Shown: positions 44,869-55,318 of the stretch, piece by piece | Position numbering within the stretch: the stretch's first letter is position 1 | Layout of the letters: each line of letters opens with the position of its first letter | NCBI GenBank assembly: GCA_965215605.1 | Contig: OZ244070.1 | Location: 480,001-544,000, forward strand | From: an uncultured Candidatus Binatia bacterium | Lineage (GTDB): Bacteria; Desulfobacterota; Binatia; UBA9968; JAJDTQ01 | Length of the DNA stretch: 64,000 bases | Direction: 5' to 3' | Translations under genes and position numbers: made by a program | The notes under the pieces: model-generated | The model's database searches: none | Told to the model about the DNA's origin: nothing | What the model saw: only the letters and a program-made list of their open reading frames with translations

Positions 44869-46077
44869 CTAGAACGAACGCGCGGCAATCCAACTGCCGC
44901 CGATGAAAGTTCCCAACGTGCTTCCCAGATTCGAGAATACCACCACCAGAAGGATGCGTGAGACGGGATTGCGCCAAAGCCCCTTGGGAAAGGCGCTCAC
45001 TACCTCGCCCATGGCCTCCAGGTCGGCCACGGTGGGCTTCTTGACCCATGCCTGGACCAGTCCCGAAACCCATCCGGCGGCGATGGTCGGGTTGAGGCTG
45101 GTGATGGGCGCGGCCAGAAAGGCCGCCAGCACCGTCAACGGGTGGCCCAGGGCCAACGCCGCCCCGACAGCCGCCAGAACGCCGTTTGCCAGCACCCAGA
45201 TGGAGATGGACTCCAACGAGTGGGCGGCGCCGGCGCGGTAGAACCCGTAGGCGACGACCGCCACGATCAGGGAAGGCACCAGCCACTTGACGCCACCGGA
45301 CCAGTATGAGGGGGCCGGCACCGTTTCGAGGGGCGCCAGCGGCTGGTCCCGAAGGATCTCGCGGGCGATGCCCGGCACGTGCCCCGCGCCGACGATGGCC
45401 ACCACCCTCTCCCCTTCGGCCTCCCTGATCTTCTGCGCCAGGTAGGCATCCCGCTCGTCGATGACGGTCCACTTCACGTCGGGAAAGGCCTTGGCGAACT
45501 CCACCAGGACATCCCCCATCCCGTCCTGGCGCTTGAGATCGTCCAGCGTCTCCTTGTCGATCTCCGGCTCTGCCAAGGCGCTGGTGAGAAGCAGGAAGAG
45601 GAGCTTCAGCTTTTTCCACGGCCCGAGGCGCCGCCAGGTCCTCTTCATGGTCACCTGGACGTCGCGGTCCGCGAGCACCAGCTCCGCGTCACGCTCATGG
45701 GCCAGCCGGATGCCCTCCAGCATGTCGGCCCCGGGCCGCACCCCCAGCCGATCGCCGATGCGCTTGTAGAACGCCGACATGATCAACTGGCTCAACAGGA
45801 GCGTCGCCTTGCCCTCCTTGATGACCTTGAAGACATCGGTCTTCTGCCACGCATCGGGCCGGGTAAACGCCTCGTAGCGGGCCTGGCACAACTCCACGCA
45901 GATGGCGTCGGGGTCCACCATCTCGACGGTCGCGCGCACGTCGTCGACGCTCTCCAACGACACGTGCGCCGTGCCGACGAGATAGACGTCCCGCCCCCGG
46001 TCGCGCAGCCGCCGGGTATTCGCGGGGAGCCCGGCGACGGCCGGGCCCTGTGAACCGCCCGTGTCCACCCGGTTCAA
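44869..46077 (-). CDS. TraB/GumN (pheromone shutdown-like) family protein
   Basis: LVGTAHVS, CVELC, LADRDV, IDERD, VGAGHVPGI and C-terminal TMs. Confidence 0.88.
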   Translation of the reverse strand: MNRVDTGGSQGPAVAGLPANTRRLRDRGRDVYLVGTAHVSLESVDDVRATVEMVDPDAICVELCQARYEAFTRPDAWQKTDVFKVIKEGKATLLLSQLIMSAFYKRIGDRLGVRPGADMLEGIRLAHERDAELVLADRDVQVTMKRTWRRLGPWKKLKLLFLLLTSALAEPEIDKETLDDLKRQDGMGDVLVEFAKAFPDVKWTVIDERDAYLAQKIREAEGERVVAIVGAGHVPGIAREILRDQPLAPLETVPAPSYWSGGVKWLVPSLIVAVVAYGFYRAGAAHSLESISIWVLANGVLAAVGAALALGHPLTVLAAFLAAPITSLNPTIAAGWVSGLVQAWVKKPTVADLEAMGEVVSAFPKGLWRNPVSRILLVVVFSNLGSTLGTFIGGSWIAARSF

Positions 46078-46889
46078 GCCTGGGCCACCGGCCCGTCGTA
46101 GTCACGCAGCCAGCCGATGAACTGAACGATCTGGTCCACCATGTAGTCGTGGTACGCCTTGCCCTTTTCGGGGGAAGCCTTGATGGAGGGGCTGAAGGAT
46201 CCGGTGGGCACGATACGGCGCTGTTCGGCGCTGGTCCAGGGAATGTCGATGACTTCGTGCGGCGCGGAAAAGAGGTCTCCGTGAGACCACGGCGAGAAGT
46301 TCTTGTCGAAGTCTACCTGCGACGTGGTCAGCTTCTCCTGTTTGATCAGGTGCGGGTACTTGTACCAGCACTCCGAAATCTCCAGCTCGCCGCTGTGATG
46401 CTCCTTGGCCTCCTTGATCTCGTTGGCGATTTTCTTGGCGATCTTCACCGGGTCGATGACCGCGAAGAAGACCTCGGGCATCTCGAACTCCCGGAGGTTC
46501 TTGGTGGCCGCCAGCAGGCCCGGGAGGTTGGCGCCCTTGTGGCCGTTGATAATGAGGATCTTCCGGAAGCCGTGCTTGTGCAGGCTCCGGCTCATGTCCT
46601 GGATCACCGCCATCAGGGTCTCTGTGCGGAGCGAGATGGTTCCCGGGAATCCCAGGTGATGCGGCGAGTCACCGAACCACAGCGGCGGCGTGCACAGCGT
46701 CCCGGTGGCGCGGGCCACATCCTCCGCCAGAGCGATGGCGATGAGGCAATCCAGTCCTAGCGGACCCGCGGGCCCGTGCTCTTCCGTGCTGCCCACCGGG
46801 CAGATGATCATGTCCGAGTCCTCGAGATAGGCCCCGACATCCTCCCAAGTCAGTTCCTGAAGCCATACCGAGCCGCGTTGCGCCGCCAT
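46074..46889 (-). CDS. Creatininase family protein
   Basis: PVGSTEEHG...GLD, HHLGFPGTI, NGHKGAN, HSGELE. Confidence 0.88.
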   Translation of the reverse strand: MAAQRGSVWLQELTWEDVGAYLEDSDMIICPVGSTEEHGPAGPLGLDCLIAIALAEDVARATGTLCTPPLWFGDSPHHLGFPGTISLRTETLMAVIQDMSRSLHKHGFRKILIINGHKGANLPGLLAATKNLREFEMPEVFFAVIDPVKIAKKIANEIKEAKEHHSGELEISECWYKYPHLIKQEKLTTSQVDFDKNFSPWSHGDLFSAPHEVIDIPWTSAEQRRIVPTGSFSPSIKASPEKGKAYHDYMVDQIVQFIGWLRDYDGPVAQA

Positions 46890-46960
46890 TGTCGTCTCCT
46901 CCCGTTTATCGGGTCATGCCTGTCCTACGGCGCCGTCTCCGCAACGCCCGCGGTTCCCGG

Positions 46961-47944
46961 TTATTTGATCGCCAGGGGATTCGTCGGGGAACCCACGGCC
47001 CCGGTGACCGGCAGCGCCGGCGCCACGAACATGAACTCGTAACGCCCGTCCTCGGCGCAGTCCTCCGCCAACTCGTCCAGATGGAAAATCTCGCCCACGG
47101 TGAGGCCCATGTTCGGAATGCTGACCCAGTGCCACGGCTGGTTGGCCTCCCGGGTCTGGTTGGGCCGGACCTCCACCCCCCAGGTGTCCGTGGCCACCGC
47201 GGCCACTTCCCTGGCGTGGAGCCAATCCAGGGTTTCGAAGCCCAGGCCCGGGGCGTCGCCGCCCGGATAGCCGTCCCACGACCCTGCGTCCCGCTTGGCC
47301 TTGATCTGGCCCGTCCGCACCAGCACGAAGTCGCCCCGGCGCACCTCCACGTCCTCGCTCTTCAGGGTGCGGTCGAGGTCCCGGCTGGTGATGGCGTAGC
47401 CGTCCTTGAGCCACTCGCTACCCTTGGCCCGGGCCACGTCCAGCAGAACGCCGCGGCCCACCATCTTGTCGCGGGTCTTCTCGATGCCGTTCCTGGCCGC
47501 GCCGCCCGAGGTCACCAGCCGGCAATCGTAGCCGTTGTACATCCGGTCTTCATAGAAGATGTGCGCCAACCCGTCCCACTGGGTGCCCGCCTGAAGCGGC
47601 ATGATGATCACGTCGTCGGCGCCCCGGATGCCGCGGTGGTCGAGCACCCCCGAATAGGCGTCGGTGCCGGTCCGGAGCATGAGGTGGATGGGGTTGAAGC
47701 GGCCCATGGCCGGGTAGTTGCTCTTGCCCCCCTGCGGACCGTTGGCGTCGAAATCGAGGGCCAGGGAGAACACCCGGCCCCTGCGCACGAGTTGCGCGGC
47801 GGCGACGATGTCCTCGGGAGTGGTGAAATTGAGCGTGCCGACCTCGTCGTGCTCGCCCCACCGGCCCCAGTTGCGGAGCCGCTTGGCCGCTTCCCGGATA
47901 CGCTCCATGGTGAGTTTCGGACGCCTTCGAGTCGCCAAGACCAA
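46961..47944 (-). CDS. Cyclase family (kynurenine formamidase-like) metal-dependent hydrolase
   Basis: NWGRWG...GTLN, TQWDGLAH, GRGVLLD, LVRTG, GSPTNPLA; start uncertain. Confidence 0.88.
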   Translation of the reverse strand: MVLATRRRPKLTMERIREAAKRLRNWGRWGEHDEVGTLNFTTPEDIVAAAQLVRRGRVFSLALDFDANGPQGGKSNYPAMGRFNPIHLMLRTGTDAYSGVLDHRGIRGADDVIIMPLQAGTQWDGLAHIFYEDRMYNGYDCRLVTSGGAARNGIEKTRDKMVGRGVLLDVARAKGSEWLKDGYAITSRDLDRTLKSEDVEVRRGDFVLVRTGQIKAKRDAGSWDGYPGGDAPGLGFETLDWLHAREVAAVATDTWGVEVRPNQTREANQPWHWVSIPNMGLTVGEIFHLDELAEDCAEDGRYEFMFVAPALPVTGAVGSPTNPLAIK

Positions 47945-48002
47945 CCTCCTCGGCTGCTGATCGGGTTGAAACTGTCAACGGGATTGCCTATGAATTCCCC
48001 GT

Positions 48003-48266
48003 ATGTCGTCCGTCGCCGACAACGGCAAGGGTCAGAAGGTGATGCTCGGCTTCGTGGTGCGGCGTTGCGCCAGGGAACTCGGCCACGCCCCCGCTCCTCA
48101 CGAATTCGCCGCCTGGGCCAACAACCAGATTCTCGACGGAGAACCCTACCGCATCTTCGGGCAAGCCATCTCGGCCGAGGCCGCGAAGATCATGCTGCAC
48201 AGCCTCGACCGGCTCGTGACCGTCCGCTCACGGGAGGTCATTCTCGGTCAGCCCGATGCTCCCTGA
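48003..48266 (+). CDS. Small hypothetical protein
   Basis: 87-aa ORF with protein-like composition exactly filling an intergenic gap. Confidence 0.55.
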   Translation: MSSVADNGKGQKVMLGFVVRRCARELGHAPAPHEFAAWANNQILDGEPYRIFGQAISAEAAKIMLHSLDRLVTVRSREVILGQPDAP

Positions 48267-48286
48267 GGCGCCGGCGGGATACAACA

Positions 48287-49438
48287 CTAGGAAGCCTTCC
48301 TCACCGCGTCGCTGATGTCCAGGTTGTAGAGCCGGGCGCCGTTGTCCTGCAGGATCTTCGTCTTGGCGTCCTTGCTCATGTCTTCCCGTTGCTTCAGGTA
48401 GTCGCTGGACAGGACTTCCCGATCGCCGTGGGGCATATCCGAGCCGTAGACCACCTGCCCGTCGCCCACCAGCTCCACCACCTCGGGCAAGAGCCTGTCT
48501 TCCACTTCCGCGCTCAGGTAGAGATTCCCCTGCCGCATGTACTCCATGGGCGCCAGCTTGGCCTTGGGAACCGTGTCCGGGAGGATATCGGCGAGGAAGT
48601 TGCCCGAGTGGCCGAAGCGATGGTCCAGACGGTCAATCATGAAGTGGACCCACTGGCATCCGGCTTCGAGAAATCCCACGCGCATGGTCGGGAAACGGTC
48701 CAGCAGGCCGCTGTTGATCATCGCCGAGAAGCCCAGAAGGACCGGCATGAGAAACGCGTTGACGGACGACGGATAGATGTGGGTGAAGAGACCGCTGAGG
48801 GCCGGACATGACCAGCCCACGTGGATCGCCAGGGTCAGGTCTCTCTCCACCAGCGCCTCGTAGAACGGCAGGAAGGCGGGATCGTCCAGCATGCGGTCGC
48901 CGATGGTGCCCAGCACCATGACGGCCACCGCGCCAAGGCCGTGGGCTTCCCTTACCTGCTCCACCGCCCCTTCCACGTCGTCCAGGTTCACCACCGCGGC
49001 CCACTTGAGCCGCTCGTGGGCGCCTATCTGATCGCCCAGGAAACGGTTGTACGCGGTGCTCATGGCGGTGACCAGCCCAGGGTTCGCGGCCAGGGGGTAG
49101 GCCAGGAACAGCGTCGGATAGAGGACCTGGAGCGAGATTCCCTCCTTGTCCATGGCCTCGATCCGCTCCTTGATCCCGTGGATCTCCATGCTGCCGATGG
49201 TGTCGGACTTCTTCTGCGCGTGGGGCGTCTTCTTCCCCTGGTAGCTGGCCGGGGTCCCCAGATTGTGGGCGCCGCGCCCTACCCGGCGCGGGTACATCTG
49301 CTCCTCGATCATCCAGTAGACCATCTTGTCGATGGCCACCACCCGCGGCCGTTGCGCTCGGAACGCCGGGTCGAAGTATTTGTCGCTGAACGTGGTTTCG
49401 CTTTCCTCGACGTGTCCGTCCGCGTCAACCAGATACAT
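48287..49438 (-). CDS. Amidohydrolase-2 family protein
   Basis: DADGHVEE, LAIHVG, FLEAGCQW, YGSDMPHGD. Confidence 0.88.
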   Translation of the reverse strand: MYLVDADGHVEESETTFSDKYFDPAFRAQRPRVVAIDKMVYWMIEEQMYPRRVGRGAHNLGTPASYQGKKTPHAQKKSDTIGSMEIHGIKERIEAMDKEGISLQVLYPTLFLAYPLAANPGLVTAMSTAYNRFLGDQIGAHERLKWAAVVNLDDVEGAVEQVREAHGLGAVAVMVLGTIGDRMLDDPAFLPFYEALVERDLTLAIHVGWSCPALSGLFTHIYPSSVNAFLMPVLLGFSAMINSGLLDRFPTMRVGFLEAGCQWVHFMIDRLDHRFGHSGNFLADILPDTVPKAKLAPMEYMRQGNLYLSAEVEDRLLPEVVELVGDGQVVYGSDMPHGDREVLSSDYLKQREDMSKDAKTKILQDNGARLYNLDISDAVRKAS

Positions 49439-49651
49439 GTTTCACCTCCGTGTGTTGGGCCGGGCCCGCTTCGATCATCCTTGGGCGCGGCCCCTCTGGA
49501 TTTAACCTAACCGGTCGGGCAGTTCAAGGCTGGCGGGCTTTGTTGGCCCCCCGCGTTGACACGGCGTAGAAAAATTCCTAGGGTGCATGGCTTCACCGAT
49601 GACACGGAAGCTCATCGGGAACATTCCTGACAAACGACGAGGAGGGTAATC

Positions 49652-50617
49652 ATGGTCCGAATCATTTCGAGCCTTCTGATCGCGGCAGTCGCGCTGGCCG
49701 GCACGGCACCGGTCCTGGCCCAGGACATGCCAAAAATACCCATCGGCTCGTTCGACAAGCCGTCGTTCGGCCACACCACGGCGTCTCTGATCGAGGCCAA
49801 CGAATTCGACAAGAAGCACGGCATCGATCTCCAGTGGACCTTCAAGAAACCCCGCGCGGCCAACACGGACTTCGCCACCGGCAGGGACAAGATCACCATC
49901 GCCTCGGCGGTCCTGTCGGAAGCCAACCGCCGGCTCAAGGGGGTCAAGTCCGTATACCTCTTCAACGTGCTCAACGGCCACGGCGCGCTGTTGACCATGG
50001 ACCCCGCCATCAACAGCATCGCGGACCTCGAGGGCAAGAGCCTGGGGGCGGTCACCGTGACCACCAACTACGCCATGTTCCGCTACTTCGCCCAGAAGGC
50101 CGGGGTCGACCTGAACAAGGTGGCCGTCCAGTCCACCAACACCGCGGGATTGGCGACTCTGCTGATGGCCAAGCGCGCCGACGCGGTGCACATCTGGGAG
50201 CCCAACTATTCCAAGATGCTGGTGGGCAATCCCGGCAAGCTCAAGATGATCGAATACTTCCACCAGTGGCAATCGATACACGGGGCGCCGCAGAGAGGCT
50301 TCCTCGGCATTGCCGCGCACGAAGACTGGATTGCCGCCAACAAGGCGCTGATCCCGAAGATCTACGCGGCCTTCGAGGAGTTGGCCAAGTGGCTGCCGAC
50401 GCACCATGAGGAGGCCGCCACGATCATCGAGAAGGAGGCCGGCGTGCCCAAGGAGGCGTTCCTGATGGCCCTCGCCACGGCCCGCTATCCCCTGGACGTG
50501 GTGCCAGCACAAGAGATCGAAGCCAACATGAAGGCGCTTTTTCAGGCTGGCATCGACAGCGGCTACATGAAGAAGATGCCGGACGACGGCATCATCTACC
50601 GCGGCAAGGTCCGCTAG
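49652..50617 (+). CDS. ABC transporter substrate-binding protein (nitrate/sulfonate/NMT1 class)
   Basis: Signal peptide, SIADLEGKSLG, DAVHIWEP; followed by permease and ATPase. Confidence 0.85.
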   Translation: MVRIISSLLIAAVALAGTAPVLAQDMPKIPIGSFDKPSFGHTTASLIEANEFDKKHGIDLQWTFKKPRAANTDFATGRDKITIASAVLSEANRRLKGVKSVYLFNVLNGHGALLTMDPAINSIADLEGKSLGAVTVTTNYAMFRYFAQKAGVDLNKVAVQSTNTAGLATLLMAKRADAVHIWEPNYSKMLVGNPGKLKMIEYFHQWQSIHGAPQRGFLGIAAHEDWIAANKALIPKIYAAFEELAKWLPTHHEEAATIIEKEAGVPKEAFLMALATARYPLDVVPAQEIEANMKALFQAGIDSGYMKKMPDDGIIYRGKVR

Positions 50618-50635
50618 TCAGGCGCCGCTTCCGGC

Positions 50636-51475
50636 ATGGAAATCGACGCGCCCCCCGCCGCATCGTCTCCGACGCAGCCCCGGGAAGCGTGGCATGCACG
50701 CCTCCTGGGGCTCATGGCCCACCGGAAGGAGCCGATCATCTCCTTCGCGGTGATCCTGGCCGCTTGGCAGATCACCTCCTTCTTTCTGCCACCCTACCTG
50801 GTCCCCGGCGTCGGCGTGATCTTCGCCGCGTTCATCGAGATCGTCTCGAGCCTCACTCTGTTGGGAGACGTGTTCACCACCATGGGGCGGATCTTCCTGG
50901 GGCTCATCCTGGCGTTCATCAGCGGCACCATCCTGGGCGTGTTCATGGGCTTCACCGAGGCGGTGGAAAAGTACACCCTGCCGGTGCTCCACTTCATCAT
51001 GGGCATCCCGGCGCTCTCCTGGGTGGTCTTCGCCATCATCTGGTTCAGCCACGTGGAGACGCGCATCGCCTTCATCCTGCTGGCCGGCTCCCTGCCCAAC
51101 TTTGCGCTGATCATCCACGACGGCATCAAGAGCATCTCCAAGGAGTACCTGGACATGCTGCGGGCCCTGCGCCCCACGCGCAAACAGCTCTTCTCCAAGC
51201 TCATCCTGCCGGGAATGATCCCCGCGGTGCTCACCGCGTGGAAGGTAAACCTCGGGCTCGCCGCCCGCGTGGTCATCGTCGCCGAGCTGGTGGGCGCCAC
51301 CCGGGGCGTGGGCAACAAGCTGCTGCTGGCGCAGGAACTTTTCGAGATGCCCAAGGCCATTGCATGGACCTTGGTGCTGGTGACCTTTCTGCTCATCACC
51401 CAGCTCACCATTCTCGCGCTGGAGAACAAGCTGCTGCGCTGGCGTCCGGCGAAAACGGGAGGCATGGCCACGTGA
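50636..51475 (+). CDS. ABC transporter permease (SsuC/TauC-like)
   Basis: IPALSW, VIVAELVG; 6-TM pattern. Confidence 0.88.
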   Translation: MEIDAPPAASSPTQPREAWHARLLGLMAHRKEPIISFAVILAAWQITSFFLPPYLVPGVGVIFAAFIEIVSSLTLLGDVFTTMGRIFLGLILAFISGTILGVFMGFTEAVEKYTLPVLHFIMGIPALSWVVFAIIWFSHVETRIAFILLAGSLPNFALIIHDGIKSISKEYLDMLRALRPTRKQLFSKLILPGMIPAVLTAWKVNLGLAARVVIVAELVGATRGVGNKLLLAQELFEMPKAIAWTLVLVTFLLITQLTILALENKLLRWRPAKTGGMAT

Positions 51476-52239
51476 GCGCCGATGCCGTCATCCGCATGCA
51501 GGACGTAAGCATGGTCTTCACCTCCGTGGACGGCGACCGTTTCACCGCGGTGGAGAAGCTGAACCTGGAGGTCGGCAGCGGCGACATCGTCGCCATCGTG
51601 GGCAAGACCGGCTGCGGCAAGTCCACCACGTTCAACCTGCTGCTGGGCCTCGACCAACCCACCTCCGGATCGATCACGCTGCTGGACCACGACCCCTACG
51701 CGGAGTTCGACTACTTCCGGTCCAAGCTGGGGGTCATCTTTCAGACCGACCGGCTACTGCCCTGGCGCACGGCGCTGGAGAACGCCCGGGTGGGGCTGGA
51801 AATCCTCGGGTACGAAGAAAAGGAGCAGAACGACATCGCCCTCGAATGGCTGCACAAGCTGGAGCTTCAGGGTTTCGAAGACGCCTATCCCCACGAGCTG
51901 TCCGGCGGCATGCGCCAGCGAGTGGGCATGGCCCGGGCTTTCTGCCTCACGCCGGAGATCTTCTTCGCCGACGAGGCCTTCGGCCACCTGGACCAGTCCA
52001 CCGCCAGGCGGTTGCGGGAAGTGTTCCTGGAACTCGTCAACGAAAGCCGGAAGACCTGCCTCCTCATCACCCACAACATCCACGAGGCGCTGGAGATCGG
52101 CTCACGCCTGGTCATCCTGGGCAAGCCCGGCAAGGTCCTCGCCGACATGGAGACACCCACCAACGCCACCCGCGCCGAGATGGCCGAGTTCGAGGAACGG
52201 GTCCTCGACATCATCGAGAGCAACGAAGTGGTGGGGTAG
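51472..52239 (+). CDS. ABC transporter ATP-binding protein (SsuB/TauB-like)
   Basis: GKTGCGKS, LLPWRT, LSGGMRQR; GTGA overlap with the permease stop. Confidence 0.9.
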   Translation: MSADAVIRMQDVSMVFTSVDGDRFTAVEKLNLEVGSGDIVAIVGKTGCGKSTTFNLLLGLDQPTSGSITLLDHDPYAEFDYFRSKLGVIFQTDRLLPWRTALENARVGLEILGYEEKEQNDIALEWLHKLELQGFEDAYPHELSGGMRQRVGMARAFCLTPEIFFADEAFGHLDQSTARRLREVFLELVNESRKTCLLITHNIHEALEIGSRLVILGKPGKVLADMETPTNATRAEMAEFEERVLDIIESNEVVG

Positions 52240-52255
52240 CGGCAACAGCCCGCCG

Positions 52256-53569
52256 CTACCCCAGCATCTGGCTCGGCAGCCACAGGGAGATCTGCGGGAA
52301 GCTCACCAGGATGATGAGGGTCACCACGTCCATCAGGAAAAACGGCAGGATGCCCTTGAAGATATCCTCCAGGCGCACCATGCCGTGCGCCGCGGCATTC
52401 ACGGTATAGACATTCATTCCCACCGGCGGCGTGATGAGGCCGATCTCGGAGGTCTTGATCACCAGCACGCCGAACCAGATGCCGCTGAAGCCCATCTCGA
52501 TGATGATGGGGAAGACGATGGGCAGGGTGATGGCCATCATGGCGGCGGGATCCATGAACATCCCCAGGAAGACATAGAGCAGCAGGAAACCGGCCAGGAC
52601 TACGTAACGCGACAGGCCGGAGCTCACCAGGTAGTCCGCCAACTGCGGGCCGACATTGGTGACGGCCAGGAACCGGCTGAAGATGTAGGCGCCGATGATG
52701 ATGGTGAACAGCATCGTGGTGGAAGTGGCGGTGTCGAGAACCGTGTTCCGCAACCTCTCGCGGGTGAAACTGCCCTTGAAAATCATGATCATGAACGCGC
52801 CGAAGGCGCCGAAGGCGCCCGCCTCGGTGGGCGTGGCGATGCCCAGGTAGATGGCGCCCATGACGATGGCGGAGAGTGTGACGATGCCCCACACCCGATA
52901 CAGGGAAAGGAGCTTCTCCCTCAACGGCGGCCGTTCCTCGATGAGGGGCGCTATCTCGGGCTGGAGCTTGACCCAAAAGGAGATCATGCCCATGTAGATC
53001 AGGGCGGACAGAACCCCCGGAATGAAACCCGCGATCAGCAGTTGGCCGATGGACTGCTCGGTGATGATGCCGTAGATGATCATGAGGCCGCTGGGAGGGA
53101 TCAGGGCTCCCAGGGTTCCCGAGGCCGCGATGGCGCCGGTGGCGATCCGCTTGTCGTAGCCGTACTTGAGCATCTCCGGCAAGGCCACCTGGGTGAACGT
53201 GGCAGCGGTGGCCACGCTGGAGCCGCAGGCCGCCGCAAAGGCGGCGCAACTCGCCGTGGTGGCCATGGCGAGGCCGCCCCGGACTCGCCCCATCCATTTT
53301 TGCACGACCGTATAGATATCCGCGCTCAGACCGCCGTAGTTGGCGAACTGCCCCATCAGGATGAAGACGGGTATCGCGAAGAACGTGAAGTTGGCGACGA
53401 CCTTGTACGGGGTCGTCCGCAACAGGCCGATCCCGGCGGACCAACTATCCGTGATCATGACGAAGCCCAGCACCCCGACCAGCCCCAGGGACACGGCCAC
53501 GTGAAGCCCGCACAGAAGCAGGATGATCAGAACAAATATGCTGATGATCGCGAGAAAGGTTGGGTCCAT
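52256..53569 (-). CDS. dctM: TRAP transporter large permease
   Basis: AIPVFILMG, GSSVAT, GTLGALIPPS, ITPPVGMN. Confidence 0.92.
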   Translation of the reverse strand: MDPTFLAIISIFVLIILLLCGLHVAVSLGLVGVLGFVMITDSWSAGIGLLRTTPYKVVANFTFFAIPVFILMGQFANYGGLSADIYTVVQKWMGRVRGGLAMATTASCAAFAAACGSSVATAATFTQVALPEMLKYGYDKRIATGAIAASGTLGALIPPSGLMIIYGIITEQSIGQLLIAGFIPGVLSALIYMGMISFWVKLQPEIAPLIEERPPLREKLLSLYRVWGIVTLSAIVMGAIYLGIATPTEAGAFGAFGAFMIMIFKGSFTRERLRNTVLDTATSTTMLFTIIIGAYIFSRFLAVTNVGPQLADYLVSSGLSRYVVLAGFLLLYVFLGMFMDPAAMMAITLPIVFPIIIEMGFSGIWFGVLVIKTSEIGLITPPVGMNVYTVNAAAHGMVRLEDIFKGILPFFLMDVVTLIILVSFPQISLWLPSQMLG

Positions 53570-53576
53570 GTAATGC

Positions 53577-54125
53577 CTACCCCGGGGTTATGAGACTGCG
53601 AAATCGTTTCAAGGCGTCTCGCAACAGTTGAAAGGCCATCAAGGCGGCGCCGAAGGGGATTGCGAGCTTCGGCGGGTAGACCGGAATCTGCACCAATCCG
53701 TCGGATGCCTCGCGGTATTCGAAGGATGAAACCCCGGCAAACCACGCCTGCCAGCACATCAGCAAGAAAAACACCGCCGCGATCACGAGGACCACCACCG
53801 CAAGTCCGTCCGCAACCCTCCGGGGCAGCCGCTGCGTCACCAACTCCACGCAGATGTGCCGCTTGGTGAGCTGAACGTACGCCAAGCTGAAGAAGACCAC
53901 GAACACGATGAGGAACTCGGTGAACTCCAGCGTCCCTGGGATGGGGCTCGAGAACACGTAGCGTCCGGTGACATCCACCGTGATCAGCAGCATCATGAAG
54001 AACAGGATGTAGCCGCTTATTGCATTCAGGAAAGTGAGGAACCGTGTGGCCGCGGTCCGGTCGTCCTTCGGTGGGGCAAACCCCGGGTCTACGGTGGCTT
54101 CAACAAGAATTTTCGATTCTTCCAC
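53577..54125 (-). CDS. dctQ: TRAP transporter small permease
   Basis: DVTGRYVFSSPIPG, HICVE; 4 TMs. Confidence 0.88.
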   Translation of the reverse strand: MEESKILVEATVDPGFAPPKDDRTAATRFLTFLNAISGYILFFMMLLITVDVTGRYVFSSPIPGTLEFTEFLIVFVVFFSLAYVQLTKRHICVELVTQRLPRRVADGLAVVVLVIAAVFFLLMCWQAWFAGVSSFEYREASDGLVQIPVYPPKLAIPFGAALMAFQLLRDALKRFRSLITPG

Positions 54126-54205
54126 GATTGGCTAACCCCGTGGCTGGTAATGGGCCAAACGGGGACGGCCTGCCGGCCGCCCCCGTAACCCGTGTTCGAC
54201 CAGAC

Positions 54206-55237
54206 CTATTCGCCGCGAAAAACGGCGAGGGTCTTCTTGCCGGGCAGGCCCAGCTTCTCCATGCTGGCCACCCAGTCACCGGCGATCTTCTGGACGCCCG
54301 CGCTGTTCTTCCACTTCTCCCTGTCCGAGGCGGAGAAGTCGACGATCTTGACGCCCTTGCCCGCCAGGTACTTCTGGAACTTGACGTCGTCGTCCTTCAT
54401 CGCCTGGGCTTCCCACTTGCCGACCCGCTCACCCTCTTCCAGGAGGATTTTCTGGTGCTCCTTCGACAGGGAATCCCACTTCTTCTTGTTGATGGTGAAG
54501 GTGTTGACGCCCGCGATGCAGCCCATCTCGATCTTGCTCATGTACTTGGCCACCTCGTAGGTCTTGAACCGCTGGGCCGCCTCGAAGGAGAGGATGCGAG
54601 CATCGATGGTCTTGCGCTGCAACGCCTCGTACATCTCGCCGCCGGTGGTGCTCACCGGAATCCCACCCCCCGCCTTGATGGCCTTGGGCGCGATGCGGCC
54701 GAAGGTGCCGACCTTCTTGCCCTTGAGCTCCGCCAGGTTTGTGATGGGGTAGTGGGCCACGAGCTGGTAGCTCGCCGTGGCGGTCATGCCCACCACCTTG
54801 TGACCGAACTTGGTCAGCTCCGCGGTAGCCTCCGGGATCTGCTTGAGCACGCGCAGGCCGCCGTCGCGCGACTGCACCGGATCACTCACGGCGAAAGGCA
54901 ACCCTCCCACCTGCAGCAGCCGGATCTTGTCGGAGAAATAGCCGATGGCCAGGTCGGCCATGTCGGAGGTGCCCAGTTGCACCGCCTCCAGGGCCTCCTT
55001 CGCATGCACCAGCGAGTTGGCCCAGAAGATCTGGACCTCGATCTCGCCGTTGGTCCTCTTGGCCACGCCGTTCTTGAAATGCACCAGGTAGTCCGCCCGC
55101 GGCGTTCCCGGGCGCGCGGACTGTGTCGCTACCTTTAGGATGATCTTGGATTGGGCGTCTTCCGGAGCCGCCAACCCGGCAACGCACAGCACACCTGCCA
55201 TCAGGAAGACTGCCAACGATTTCGATACTACGGTCAT
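54206..55237 (-). CDS. dctP: TRAP substrate-binding protein, copy 1
   Basis: Signal peptide, RTNGEIEVQIF, LKGKKV, EMYEALQRKTID. Confidence 0.9.
   Translation of the reverse strand: MTVVSKSLAVFLMAGVLCVAGLAAPEDAQSKIILKVATQSARPGTPRADYLVHFKNGVAKRTNGEIEVQIFWANSLVHAKEALEAVQLGTSDMADLAIGYFSDKIRLLQVGGLPFAVSDPVQSRDGGLRVLKQIPEATAELTKFGHKVVGMTATASYQLVAHYPITNLAELKGKKVGTFGRIAPKAIKAGGGIPVSTTGGEMYEALQRKTIDARILSFEAAQRFKTYEVAKYMSKIEMGCIAGVNTFTINKKKWDSLSKEHQKILLEEGERVGKWEAQAMKDDDVKFQKYLAGKGVKIVDFSASDREKWKNSAGVQKIAGDWVASMEKLGLPGKKTLAVFRGE
54513..54748. repeat. 236-bp exact direct repeat shared with 56760-56995
   Basis: Aligned by eye at offset 2247 bp with no mismatch seen; flanks diverge. Confidence 0.8.
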
Positions 55238-55318
55238 GCTTTCCCCTTTCTGATGTTAACGACCTTACCGTGACGCGGACGCCTCATGGCCCAGCGCCTT
55301 CCGTCCCACTACCGGGAT

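Noticed and set aside
44869-46077. 'TraB' as evidence of a conjugative element
   Set aside because: It is the TraB/GumN (pheromone shutdown-like) family; no T4SS, relaxase or integrase genes are nearby.
46074-46889. Creatininase as mycofactocin peptidase MftE
   Set aside because: No mftA/B/C-like precursor or radical SAM gene is in the window.
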